Assembly: GCA_951406725.2 (NCBI GenBank)
Contig: OX597823.1
Span: forward strand, 78,554,001 to 78,618,000
DNA from: Octopus vulgaris
Lineage: Eukaryota
Direction of reading: 5' to 3'
DNA: 64,000 nucleotides
Both the position numbers and the translations under genes were made by a program. Positions 28,258 to 40,351 of the stretch are shown piece by piece (the stretch's first letter is position 1; every line of letters begins with the position of its first letter). The notes under the pieces are model-generated. The model was not told where the DNA came from. It saw only the letters and a program-made list of their open reading frames with translations, and searched no databases.

Positions 28258-28566
28258 GGGCCTGGTGCAGGCTTCTGGCTTCTCAGACCCCAGTTGAACC
28301 ATCCAACCCATGCTAGCATGGAAAGCGGACGCTAAATGATGATGATGATGATGATGATATATATATATATATACACATACACACAGACAACACCTATATA
28401 TGGTATTAGGAAGGCATCCAGCCTTAGAAACCATGCCAAAACAGAAATTTGGAGCCTAATGCAGCTCTCCACCTAGTCAGCTCCTGTCAAAGTGTGCAAC
28501 CCATGCCAGCATGGAAAACAGATGTTAGAAGAGGATAATGATGATGGTAATGGTGGTGATGATGAT
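28258..28566 (+). mobile_element. Two 3'-end fragments of the RTE LINE with (GAT)n tails
   Basis: ccagttgaaccatccaacccatgctagcatggaaagcggacg+(gat)n; ttaggaaggcatccagc...cccatgccagcatggaaa. Confidence 0.8.
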
Positions 28567-28604
28567 ATATATTCCTACATGTGTGTGTGTGAGGTGATCT
28601 TCCA

Positions 28605-28750
28605 CACAGTTTCTGTCTACTAAATCCAGTTACAAGGCATTGGTTGGCCTGGGGCTATAGTAGAAAACATTGGCTCAAGATACTGAGCCATGGGACTTAA
28701 CCCAAAAGCACACGATTGCCAAAGAACCTTTTAACCACACAACCATTCTT
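28605..28750 (-). mobile_element. tRNA-derived SINE family B (decayed)
   Basis: Reverse complement similar to 37573-37730 (ggctatagtagaa, gggacttaacc). Confidence 0.7.
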
Positions 28751-29388
28751 ACTCTTATATCAACAATGAAGATAAGAATTTGTTTCTTGTATCAGCCATG
28801 AAGAACTTGAATACTACACTGCTACCTTAACTAACCAGAGAAACTCTATTCACTCACTTGACCTGGTATAAACTATAGTCAAATCTGCCTTAAATAACAC
28901 CTACTATACGAAAAAAAAAATTTTTTTAAGTGGAGGTAATTCATTTGCTCCTCCCTTCATAATTTTTGGCCTTGTGCTGAAACTAGACAGGATTATCTAG
29001 ATTTAAGCTGGTCCTTATTGTGTAAAGCTATGATCGAAGACATTCTAGTATGATACCTCCTCCTCCTCCTCTTCCTCCTTCTTTTTCTCTCTCTCTGTTG
29101 TGTATATATATGTATGTGTGTGTGTGTGTGTGTGGTGTATTTGTGTTAATGTGTGTGTGTGATAGATGTAAATAAATGTCATAGTCATGCAGTTGGTGTT
29201 GTTCATTTCCCATCCTCTTTGAAAACATGTCTGGGCCTGGAGAAATATCACCATACTTAAAAACAGATGAAGAGTTGGCAGCAGGAAGACTATCCAACCA
29301 TGGAATACCTGTCTCAAGTATTTCAGCTTGATCCACTAAATCATTGGAAAGTGGATGTCAAACTGATGATGATGATGATGGTGGTGAC

Positions 29389-29419
<31 letters not shown>

Positions 29420-29479
29420 CGGCGGTGCATCAGCATGGCCGCAGCTCTGAGCTGAAACTAGAAAAAAAAAATATGTGTG

Positions 29480-29525
<46 letters not shown>

Positions 29526-29695
29526 TACATATATATGTTGTTGTTTGTTTTTATGCTTAATTATAATAAAAAGAATTTTACATTAATCTGAAGGGTTACT
29601 CCATACTTTGTAAAAATTGATTTTCTTTAACAGGAATAGCATTGACAGTGACTTTGAAGTTTCAGTCAGTTGAGCCATCATACATACACACATAC

Positions 29696-29772
<77 letters not shown>

Positions 29773-29908
29773 CAGGGCAATAAAGGTTTTAGAAATGTTT
29801 ACTACCAGTGGCCTAGCATATAGAAAAATTAGTCAACAGACTATATATTATTCATATAAAGTACAATGTACATTTAAACACATTAGGAGGTATCCATCAT
29901 AGGTCTCC

Positions 29909-30027
29909 CTTATGCTAGAAGGAACAGCTAAAGTTCAGACCACTAAGTAGGGATAAATTCTTAAAGAGAATTCGAGAATTTATCCCTAATTAGTGGTTTG
30001 GACTTTAGCTGTTCCTTCCAGTGTAAG
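29909..30027. repeat. 54-bp-arm imperfect palindrome (11-nt loop)
   Basis: 29909-29962 is the reverse complement of 29974-30027 with 7 differences. Confidence 0.9.
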
Positions 30028-30347
30028 AAAAGAAAGAGGCACAAAACTAACCTCTGCAAGATTCAGATTCAGGATATGCAACACTCAACATAAATACCTG
30101 ACTATCTACATTTTCAAGGTGGAACTTTAAAAAAAAGCTGTAAGTTCACTGGTGCAGAAACGCGAACTACCTTACAAGTAAAACCAGTATAGAAGTTTTT
30201 TGAAGAGAAGCATATAATATCAATAAGATGAAGGATGAATGTAGTACAATAATGATTTCAAATTTTGGCAGAAGGCCAGAAAGTTTGGGTAAGAGTATAA
30301 GTCAATTGTAGGGATCCTGGTGTTCAACTTGTACTTATTTAATCGAC

Positions 30348-30579
30348 CTGATGTTTGTCCTCATCTTGTTTGTTGTTAACACAACGTTTCGGCTGATATA
30401 CCCTCCAGCCTTCATCAGGTGTCTTCAGGAAATTTTGAACCTGGGTTCTCGTTCCTAAGGTATTTTTTTGATGTTGTTATTATTATTATTAAGGTCACTG
30501 CCTGGAATCGAACTCAGAGTCTTGGGGTTAGTAGCCTGCGCTCTTAACCACCAGAGCATTAGATTCCTTCATAGAGAAA
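30348..30579 (-). mobile_element. Near-identical copy of 31913-32144 (tRNA-head + hammerhead SINE)
   Basis: 232-bp direct repeat at 1565-bp offset with only a few substitutions. Confidence 0.9.
30379..30422 (-). ncRNA. Minimal type I hammerhead ribozyme
   Basis: acac-CUGAUGA-a-ggcug(gaggguauau)cagcc-GAAA-C-GUU-gugu. Confidence 0.8.
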
Positions 30580-30806
30580 TGTAAAGCTAACCTCAGTGGA
30601 ATCTGAACACAGAATGTAAGGATGAGTGAAATGCTGCTAAGCATTTTGGCTAGCATGTATACATAATGTATGTAGTGTATTAGTGTGTGAATGTGTGCAA
30701 CTAATTATCTCCCTTTGATATTTCATTATGTGTGAGATACATCCACCCTCCAGTTTAGCATGAAGCCCCTATTTTCAAGAACTGATTAATGTTAGAATAT
30801 ATATAA

Positions 30807-31104
30807 CTAGCAGTATCGCCCGGCGTTGCTCGGGTTTGTAAGGGAAATAACTATATAAGCATTTTTAGAGAGTTACTTCCCTTATATAATAGCAAAAAAT
30901 GCATTAAAAATAGGAAAAAATGATGGTAAATTTTTTTTTAAATCGTAGACTCATCGTAGATGCGCGCTAATACTCAGAAGGGCTCGATGTGAATCACGAC
31001 TATAAGATACCCACTTTTGGTTAAACTGCACCGCAAAATGTGGGAGTAGTTAGGAATCTAAATCGTAGGAGACAGACACACAACTTCACTTTTATATATA
31101 AAGA
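30807..31104 (-). mobile_element. Non-autonomous Helitron
   Basis: Minus strand starts TC(tttatatataaa), ends CTAG, sits between A and T, subterminal hairpin cccgagcaacgccggg, no TSD. Confidence 0.88.
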
Positions 31105-31859
31105 TACTAACAGAAGTCTCATGCTGGCCACAGAAAGTTGTGCAGTCTTTTCTTCATTTTAGTACAATTACACATTTAATTGAACAAATTAAAGATTTCT
31201 GCAATGATCAAACATTGAAACTAAGCTCCATTAGCCTCTGTGCTTCCTCACTAAGGATTTACCTTACATATCACTCACGTCCACCCAGCTATCTGCTTCC
31301 TTGCTTAATCCACACAACATTCTATTCAACCCTAATAGCCCTAACCCATCTTAATTTAATTTAATCTAATTATAATTTATTGCTTGTCCCTTCTCTCTTC
31401 CTCTTGTCAGTATGCAAAACCCACCTAAGTCCTCTATCTGTCTCCATTACTGCTTTGACTCTGACATTGTCTCAATGGATATCTATCTACCTATTCCATT
31501 CTATCCCATCTACTCTGTCTCATGAAAGTTTGCTTGTAGCCTGGGTTGTAGTGTTCTGTTTTGAAAAACCACTGCATGGCTTTCCTTTTCCGATGGTTCC
31601 TTTTTGGTGTTGTGCTCACACTTACCTACCCCACCACCACCTTCACCACCTTTACCGAAAACCTCACCTGTACTGGTAACCTCTAACAGCAACCCTTTGC
31701 CCACCCTTTCGTCAGTAGTGGCACCCACTTCGCTGCAATACAGACACTGTAACTTGTTACTCTGCCCCAAAGAAAAAAATTGAATGTGATTATGCAGTAC
31801 TTAGCTTTATTGCTTTGTTAATTAATCAGCCAGTAACTTATATATAACTAATTACCCTT

Positions 31860-32117
31860 AATACAGTTCTATATTTAAGAGATGAGGGATTATGTACATT
31901 ATTTACATTTGACTGATATTTGTCCTCATCTTGTTTGTTGTTAACACAACGTTTCGGCTGATATACCCTCCAGCCTTCATCAGGTGTCTTCAGGAAATTT
32001 TGAACCTGGGTTCTCATTCCTAAGGTATTTTTTTGATGTTGTTATTATTATTATTAAGGTCACTGCCTGGAATCGAACTCAGAATCTTGGGGTTAGTAGC
32101 CTGCGCTCTTAACCACC
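31860..32117 (-). mobile_element. tRNA-headed SINE carrying a hammerhead ribozyme
   Basis: Head 32058-32117: ggtggttaagagcgcaggctactaacccc...gagttcgattcc (A/B boxes, anticodon-like loop CTACTAA); (TAA)n spacer; hammerhead at 31944-31987. Confidence 0.85.
31944..31987 (-). ncRNA. Minimal type I hammerhead ribozyme
   Basis: Same as 30379-30422; canonical CUGAUGA/GAAA core, palindromic AACGUU stem III. Confidence 0.8.
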
Positions 32118-32135
32118 AGAGCATTAGATTCCTTC

Positions 32136-32280
32136 ATAGAGAAAAATATCATGATAATAATGAGTTCAGGGCTAATATAGTAAATATAATGAATAAGAAT
32201 AAATATAAAAATAAAACTAAAAATAAAAAAACTAAATAGTAGGAATAATAATGATGATGGTAATAGTAATGATAACAAAT
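32136..32280 (+). mobile_element. Fragment of PLE low-complexity linker, homologous to 34980-35122
   Basis: atagagaaaaatatcat.ataataatgagttcagggctaata...gtaggaataat shared by both loci. Confidence 0.8.
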
Positions 32281-32321
32281 ATACATACATACATACATAC
32301 ATATATGTATATATATATATA

Positions 32322-32434
32322 TTATTAATCCAAACATGAAAACACAAAGAGAAAACCCAACAATGCGAGGATGTGGAACAAGTATAGCATTATTGGATGC
32401 TCAGGAAAGAAGGAAAGAAGGAAAGAAAGAGGGT
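32322..32434 (-). mobile_element. 3' end of the PLE pseudo-LTR family seen at 45335-45550
   Basis: ttaatccaaaca..aaaacaca...gcgagga..tggaacaa...tattgga.gctcaggaaaga is the reverse complement of 45460-45548; abuts (TA)n. Confidence 0.8.
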
Positions 32435-32590
32435 AGGCTTCTTTCAATTTCCATTCACCAAATCCACTCACACAGCTTTGGTTGGCCCGAGGCTATAGTA
32501 AAAGACACTTGCCCAAGGTGCCATGAAGTGGGACTGAAACTGGAACCATGTGGTTGGTATGCAAGCTACTAACCATACAGCCACTCCTGT
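32435..32590 (-). mobile_element. SINE family B
   Basis: gacacttgcccaaggtgcca...gggactgaa...cagccactcct. Confidence 0.85.
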
Positions 32591-33284
32591 TAAATAATGA
32601 TGAGGATAATGATGAGGAGGATGAGGATGATAATTGTGATGCTGATGAACATGAAAATTATGATGATACATGCATACATGTGATTAACCGTTCATCTGTA
32701 TGTCTACACATTTGTCTTAGTGAAAACAATGTATTTTGCCAATAAAATGTTTCAATTATATTGTGAAACATTTTTCTAACAATAACTACAGTGGCAACAA
32801 TAACTCAAGTTCATTTTTATATCCTAGAATCCAGAAACATGAAAACTGCTGTTGATTTTTTATATCAAAACAGATAAGACATTTTCAGCTATTCATGAAA
32901 TGGAGACAGTTCACAAATAATGTTAAAGTTTACAATAAAACTCACTCAGAAATGAATATTCACAGAAAAAAAAGAAAGGATAAAAACGTGATTTTAATCA
33001 TTATTTTGTCTTTGAGGCAAAACATGCACTTACATAGACACATAGGTAAGTAGGTATTGAAGCAGTCTTTCTTCTCTTACTAGTAAAGAAATATCTGTAG
33101 TTTTTGTTTTTAACTGATTAGTTAATACTGACGCTTTTCTAACACTAATTAGGAATCTATTTAAAAATTACTTCAAAATTTGCTAATAGCAACAATATCT
33201 TATTGGTTCCTTTATGATACCTACACAGAATTCCGTTACCCACTTTCATTCCACAATAGTTTCAATTTCTAGGAAAACGGTTTC

Positions 33285-33324
<40 letters not shown>

Positions 33325-33456
33325 ATATACTTATGTATATATGTGTGTGTATGTGTGTGTGTGTGTGTGTGTGTGTCTGTGTGTTTGTGTGTGTATTCTT
33401 TTATTCTTTTACTTATTTCAATCATTTGACACCAACCATGCTGGAGCAATGTCTTC

Positions 33457-33532
<76 letters not shown>

Positions 33533-33639
33533 CATACATATGTATATATGTATATACATATATATGCATATACAGAGTGAGACAGACAGACACAGACTGA
33601 CAGATAGATAGATAGCTAGATAGATAAATGGATAGATAC

Positions 33640-33852
33640 TGGGCTGTGTGTTGTGTTCTTGAGCAAGATACTTTATTTCATGTTGCTCCAGTTCATTCAC
33701 CTGTAGAAATGAGTTGCAATGTCACTGGTGTGGAGAGGGGAACCTGGCATGCATGGGTGACTGCAACACTTCCTAAACAACCTTACCTGGATTTGCCTTG
33801 GAGGGTAACTTTCTAGCAGCAATTCCATGGTCATTAATAACCAAAGGGAGCC
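33640..33852 (+). mobile_element. SINE family C (decayed)
   Basis: gtgttcttgagcaagatactttatttca.gttgctccagtt; homologous to 39075-39345 (-) and 62718-62975 (+). Confidence 0.75.
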
Positions 33853-34141
33853 TTGTAAAATATATATATGTATATGTATATGCGTGTGTGTGTATTACTA
33901 ATTGTCACTTAATTACTTGACTCCTGGACACCCATTCATATTCAAACCTGAGTCATGAGAGGTCCAACATGACTCTTATGAAGAAAGTATCTTGGCAATT
34001 GCTTTGTCGTTCATTGTCTTTTGGACTGATTTATTTTATTCAATTATGGAATTTCAACATATACAAAAAGGTTATATATCTATTCCAACCACAATTTTTA
34101 GGTATAAATTTCTGTTCATATTTATATGTGTATATATTAAA

Positions 34142-34382
34142 AGCTCAAACCGATCGTGGCCGATGCCGGACCCCCCCCCCTGGCACCTGTGCAGGTGGCA
34201 CGTAAAAAGCACCCACTACACTTGCGGAGTGGTTGGCGTTAGGAAGGGCATCAAGCCGTAGAAACTCTGCCAGATCAGACTGGAGCCTGGAGCAGCCCCT
34301 GGCTTCCCAGACCCCAGTCGAACCATCCAACCCGTGCTAGCGCGAAAAACGGACATTAAACGATGATGATGATGATGATGAT
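34142..34382 (+). mobile_element. RTE LINE 3' UTR fragment with (GAT)n tail
   Basis: ggcacctgtgcaggtggcacg...ggttggcgttaggaagggcatc...ggacattaaacgatgatg. Confidence 0.85.
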
Positions 34383-34809
34383 ATATATACATATATATAT
34401 TTTACAAGAGGAGAAATGAGATGCTAGAGCATAAAATACATGCATATACACTCATTCACACATTACTGTTTAATCTTTAAAACTTAGTACGGTAATATAA
34501 TTAACTGTGTGTAAAATGAAATGACTTCCGTAACTGTATGTTTGCGAAAAACACTGAAGAGCTTCATGAAAAAATAAGAGTTGCTCCCCTTGAGATATTG
34601 CTTCATCTCTGTTCTCTTTTTTTCTAAGATAGCGTACTATTGACAGCAAAAAAATTTCTCTATATAATTTGACAATAGCTTGATCATGAAACCGGTATTT
34701 ATTTAATTTGTAATGATGTAATGATGTAATGTGGCTTGTTACCAACTTAATGTAGCAATCCCAGGGGAGGGAAAAATGTTACTGTTGGGGCTAAATAACA
34801 TTAGCTATT

Positions 34810-35547
34810 AAATTACTATTAAATTCTATAATAATAATAGATATATTAATAATAATATTAAAGATAATAACTTAAATGACCCCGACAATATATATATATA
34901 GATAAAAGTTGAAATAGCAATAAAAATATGAATATAAATAAGAATAAAAATAATATTAATAAAAATTTCAATAATTTTTATAGAGAAAAATATCATTATA
35001 ATAATGAGTTCAGGGCTAATACAATAAATATAATGAATAAGAATAAATATAAAAATAAAAATAACAATAAAAACCAAATAGTAGGAATAATGATGATGAT
35101 GGTAACAGTAATGATCACAAACATAATAGTATAAATAGCATACGCATAAAAAAGAATATTAATAATGGGGGAAAATATCTAGTTGATTGTTCCAATGGCA
35201 CCCAGGTTAAAAACAACATTATAAAAGAAATCACAAAAATAATAGAATCCTTTATTATAGATAATAAAAAATATAATAACATCTTTTCTAAAAATAATAT
35301 AGAAATAGGGTATTCGACTACTAGTAACGTAGGTAATATTATCTCATCTATAATAAATACAAGCTGAATAAATATTATTTTAATACACTAAATAATAACC
35401 CCAATAATAACGATAATAATTCAATAAATTGTATATGTAGATTTAAAAATAATTGCATATTTAATAATAAATGTAACTTGAGTGAAGTAGTATATAAATG
35501 TGTGGTAACCCTAAATGTAGATAGTATTGGTAGTGATAATGTTGATG

Positions 35548-35605
<58 letters not shown>

Positions 35606-37203
35606 TAATAATAATAATAATAATAATAACAAAAATCAAAATGTGACTTACATTGGATCAACATTTAATAAAATTAAACAAAGGGTGGTTCAGCATTTGT
35701 ACTCTTTTAAAAATAAAAATTTGATGAACTCGACAGGTTTAAGTAAATATATATGGGAATTAGAAACTAAAGATATAAAGTATAAATTAAAATGGGAAAT
35801 AATATGTAAAACGAAATCATATAGAAATATAATGAATTCTGTCTTCTGTGTACACATGAATTTATGGAAATATTAAAATTTAAAATAACACTGATCAACA
35901 CACAGGATGAACGAAAACTAAATGTAAGCATAAACTGAATTGCCTATTTAATAAGATGAGATAAAGTTTGATTCTATAGAAAATAAAGAAAACCTTAATT
36001 TTAAATCAAATAAAATTTCATCATAATAATTAGGTATAATATATAATCATATTTTATTATTTAGTATAACTAGAATATATCTAATTATTTATATATAAAT
36101 ATAAGATGATATCTAATTAACTTCTAATTTCAGATATTTTAGTTTCTTAATAAAAATCAATAGTATAATACTAGATGATATTATTCTAAACTTTTAATCT
36201 GTCTTTAGAAACTCAAGTTTAAGAATAACGTCAATTTTAAGAATAATAGTATAATCAATATATATTAATTGTATTATGATTATAAAAATAATAAAAAAAT
36301 AGATTTTTACTGATTTTTACTAATTTTACTAACTTTTACTTATTTAAAACTATTTTTAAATATTTTAAAATTATATATTCAGTAATTTAGTTTACATATT
36401 TACCAACCTAGAAATTTATTATTCATCAAAGTTAACATAAAAATAAATTAAATTAACCAGGAAAAAAAATTAGACTATTCCCATCATACACTCACCTCTA
36501 GCTTCTCCTGATTTGTTATTATTATAAATAATAGAAAATACCTTTTAAGAATTTTAAAATGTTAATAAGAATTATTTCCCCTACAAAGTAGCTCTCAATA
36601 TTGGATTACAATTGCTTGTAGCCATGTTTAATTCTTGGAGAGAAAATTACCATACAAATAAGTTAACATTTGTTTTTACTAACGTCTGTTTTTCCTACTT
36701 TTATTCCACATTTCTGTTCATTAAAGTAAAATTATTCCAACAACTTCTAGTTACATAATTTTAGTTTGTCATGTCTTAATATACGATGTAAATAGCAAAA
36801 TAAGTTCATATAAGATACACCCAATGATTGGCAATAAAACCGTTTTAATATGGTATTGTATAGAGACATTCTATTTCAGCAATAAGAAAGAATATGTTGT
36901 CATGAAACGCACGTAGTCAAGATAATGTAAAGTATATGATTTGTAATAAGATTTGAAGGTATTAATTTTGATAATTTGTAATAAGAATTTTAGGTGTTCA
37001 TTTTGATAATTTTAATATTTAGTCTTATATGTACCTATTGTGGATAATGTCATTCAATGATGATTGAGTTGCTTGAGGGTGATTCTGTCTCTTAAACCTA
37101 TCTATTTATATGTATATAATACAGTGATTAATTCATTTTAGTACCACTAAATTGAACTTCTCTCCCCTGTGGACTCGAAAGTAACTTCCCAAATATTAAT
37201 GAC
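34810..37203 (+). mobile_element. Decayed 5'-truncated Penelope-like element, same type as 45586-51972 (linker + GIY-YIG + long AT-rich 3' UTR)
   Basis: IGYSTTSNVGNIISS, CICRFKNNCIFNNKCNLSEVVYKCVV, TYIGSTFNKIKQRVVQH, STGLSKYIWEL align with the 48117 ORF; frameshifted; ends at (TA)n. Confidence 0.85.
36813..36920 (+). ncRNA. Decayed long-stem-II hammerhead candidate
   Basis: CCAAUGA (36821) ... uggcaaua/uguuguca 8-bp stem II base ... GAAAC-gcac-GUA (36904-36915); position mirrors the ribozyme in the intact element. Confidence 0.4.
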
Positions 37204-37293
37204 ATATATATATATAAAGAATATATTATAGTTATAAGGTGTAATTATAAATAACTGAAAAAATATCAAATTAAGTACCATATTGCATCACAT

Positions 37294-37329
<36 letters not shown>

Positions 37330-37572
37330 TAAAAAGAAAGGGATTAAAAAATCCAGGCAGATATCAATAAAGCACTCAGTTTGAAAGGGATTTGGTAAAG
37401 TATATCCAAAAATCAGACAGCAATAAATGCCAGTAGAATATACATCCAAGGTAATTCCTCAAGTATGACATGTAGAGCCAAATATCATTTAGAAGAACTG
37501 CGAGAACTTAAGAGTATTATTAGACAAAAAAAAAAAGTATAGAGAAAACATAAAGACAGACGAAATACCAAT

Positions 37573-37831
37573 AGGAGTGGCTGTGTGGTAAGTAGCTTGC
37601 TTATCAACCTCATGGTTGCAGGTTCAGTCCCACTGTGTGGCACCTTGGGCAAGTGTCTTCTAAAATAGCCTCGAGCCAACCAAATCCTTGTGAATGGATT
37701 TGATAGACGGAAACTGAAAGAAGCCCGTCGTATATATGTATATATATGTATGTGTGTGTATATGTTTGTGTGTCTGTTTGTCCCCCCAAATTTGCTTGAC
37801 AACCGATGCTGGTGTGTTTACGTCCCCGTAA
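37573..37831 (+). mobile_element. tRNA-derived SINE family B, near full length
   Basis: ggagtggctgtgtggtaag (A box), ggttcagtccc (B box), ccttgggcaagt core, TG-rich spacer. Confidence 0.88.
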
Positions 37832-37832
37832 T

Positions 37833-38200
37833 TGTGTAACTGGTACTTAATTTATCGCCCCTGAAAGGATGAAAGGCAAAGTCAACCTTAGTAGAATTTG
37901 AACTCAGTACGTAATGGCAGATGAAATGGCTATTTCTTTACTACCCACAAGGGGCTAAACACAGAGAGGACAAACAAGGACAGACAGACGGATTAAGTCG
38001 ATTATATCGACCCCAGAGCGTAACTGGTACTTAATTTATTGACCACGAAAGGATGAAAGGCAAAGTCGACCACAGCGGAATTTGAACTCAGAACATAACA
38101 GCAGATGAAATACTGCTAAGCATTTTACCCAGCGTGCTAACGTTTCTGCTAGCTAAGCATTTCACCCGGTGTACTAATGCTTCTGCCAGCTCACTGCCTT
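37833..38200 (-). mobile_element. Dimeric family A SINE
   Basis: Two cores (aaaggcaaagtc.acc) with the conserved internal junction near 37925. Confidence 0.85.
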
Positions 38201-39074
38201 CTTCAAAAAAATATCAAATTTGTGAGGAATTTATTCACATTTTACAAAGTGTACACCAACTGTGTGATTTATTTCTTCTATATTCTTCCAGTGTGAGGGT
38301 GAATGACCTAGTGGTTAGGGTGTCACACTCATGATTGCAAGCTCATCGTTTTAATTCCTTAACCAGTTGGTGCACCTGTTCAAGCAAGCTGATTTGATGG
38401 AGGGAATGCGCTAATGTATGGCATGAACATTTGATTACTATAAAGAAATCATTTGTGCAGGTTGTTCAGCGAGAGATTGCAGAGCAGTGTTTCTTGGATT
38501 GTGAAAGACTACCATCATTTTCCCAGCATGATTAGCATTATGTGTGAATATATGTATGTATGTATGTGTGTGATGTGAGCATGTGTGTGTTTGTGTGGAA
38601 GTAAAGACATTTTTGCGTGTGAATACTAAAACGGTTGAACTAAAAGAACTCACTGCTATGAGATCAGTGTTTTAATAATTTAATTAAAGCTGAAAATAAT
38701 CTGCAAATCAACATAACTCAGAGTTGTATCTTTAAGAAATATCAAACTGTAATGCAAGAACATTGTCTGTAGAAAGAGTTAAGTGGGTGCAGGAGAAAAA
38801 GAAAAGAGCAGAAGAAAGGATCTGAGTGCTGTATATTTAATGATGAAGATATTGATTGATAAAGAAATGGGGCATACTGAAAGAGAAATTTTGAAGGAGG
38901 GTGATTAAAATAATTGGTTTTACTTTTAGGTTCATGGTAATGTCTAGGTCTATCAGGTGGTCCAGTCTGAATTGCGGTGTGGTGGTTTGGTGCCTTGATG
39001 ACCCTGAGACCTATGCAAGTGGAGTGAAAGTTCTTGATAGGACTTCCACTGCTGGACAAATCAAAAGATGCTAA

Positions 39075-39347
39075 AACCCCCTTTGGTCATGACTGACCAT
39101 GGGATTGCACCTAGAAAGTTACCCTCTGAGGCACAAGTCCAGGCAAGGTTGTTTATGGAAGACCAGTAGTTGCCCATGCATACCGGCCTCATCTCTCTAT
39201 GCCACTAATATTATCCAAGGGAAAGGCAAAAGCCAATACAGCTTGGCACCTGTGACATCACAACTCATTTCTACAGGTGAGTTAACTGGAGCAACGTGAA
39301 ATAAAGTATCTTACTCAAGAACACAACACGCTGCCCGGTCCGGGGAT
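39075..39347 (-). mobile_element. SINE family C
   Basis: gaaataaagtatcttactcaagaacacaacacgc. Confidence 0.8.
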
Positions 39348-40319
39348 AGAGGCTAGATTAATATGGACGACCTCTTCCCAGATGTAAAAATAAGCTTGCA
39401 TTGAACTTGTACTCCTACCTAGAAAGAAGCAAAGTTACAAAAGCATTGATGACAATTCAAAACCAACAAGACTTGGGAAAGGAAGGCCTTGTATATGGTG
39501 CAGCAAAATCTGAAAGGGAGCTATGAACAAAAAGCAGATTCAACTGGAGAGAAGCAGAAAAATTAAGTTCAGGGTTGAGAACAGCAGAGAAAAGATGTTG
39601 ATGATTTATGCTCCCTAGGGAACAAGGGGATGAAGTAAGTAATGACTATATAGTTAACTATTTTTAGGTTAGCGTTAATTAATAATCTTAAGATTTAACT
39701 AATTGAATATCCTAATGTTCCTCCTAATTCTGTCCATCTAACTACCATTGTGTCACTCCAGTACAATGCTATGCTAGCTCATTGTTTAATTTCTGAGCCT
39801 GTTTAGAATATACAGGCCCATGAAATTAGTGATCTTTGCTCCATCAGAACTCCCAAATATCAAATAGCTTTTCACTGTTAGCACTTAATAGCACTACGTC
39901 TTTCTTCACCTTTAAAGTATTGTAATAAAACAACAATGAGTTTTTCACATTCATAATTTTATCAGTCTCAGATTCTGTGATAGTGATATGGTATTTGCTG
40001 AACTCTAAATATTAAAGAAGATTCTAATGCTCAATGGATAGAATTCTACTTTGTCAAGTTGTGTGATCTTGAAATTGGGCTTATTTACTATACAGTTGAA
40101 TTGCTCAATAGCAACCTTGCAGCATATTCATTGTGCAGACGTAGAGCCTGATTTAATTCATAAAACAGCATCTTCTAACCATATGAAAGCTGGGATAAAC
40201 TTAATGCATTCTAGCCTTTACCATTCCGCATTTTCTGTGATTTTTAGGTATGTTTTTGCTATTACTTCTTGCTGATCAAGTGGCAATGTAAACACTCATT
40301 CTTTGACTTGTTGTTGTTG

Positions 40320-40351
<32 letters not shown>

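Larger units (their letters stand above)
30253..30656 (-). mobile_element. Family A SINE interrupted by a 232-bp templated insertion (30348-30579)
   Basis: gtacttatttaatcgacc on the left and aaagctaacctcagtggaatctgaac on the right are adjacent parts of the family A core. Confidence 0.75.

Noticed and set aside
32058-32117. Functional tRNA gene
   Set aside because: 5' acceptor strand missing; embedded as a SINE head and duplicated with the SINE body
34553-34697. Long-stem hammerhead using CUGAAGA at 34553
   Set aside because: Bases next to the two core halves do not pair to close stem II
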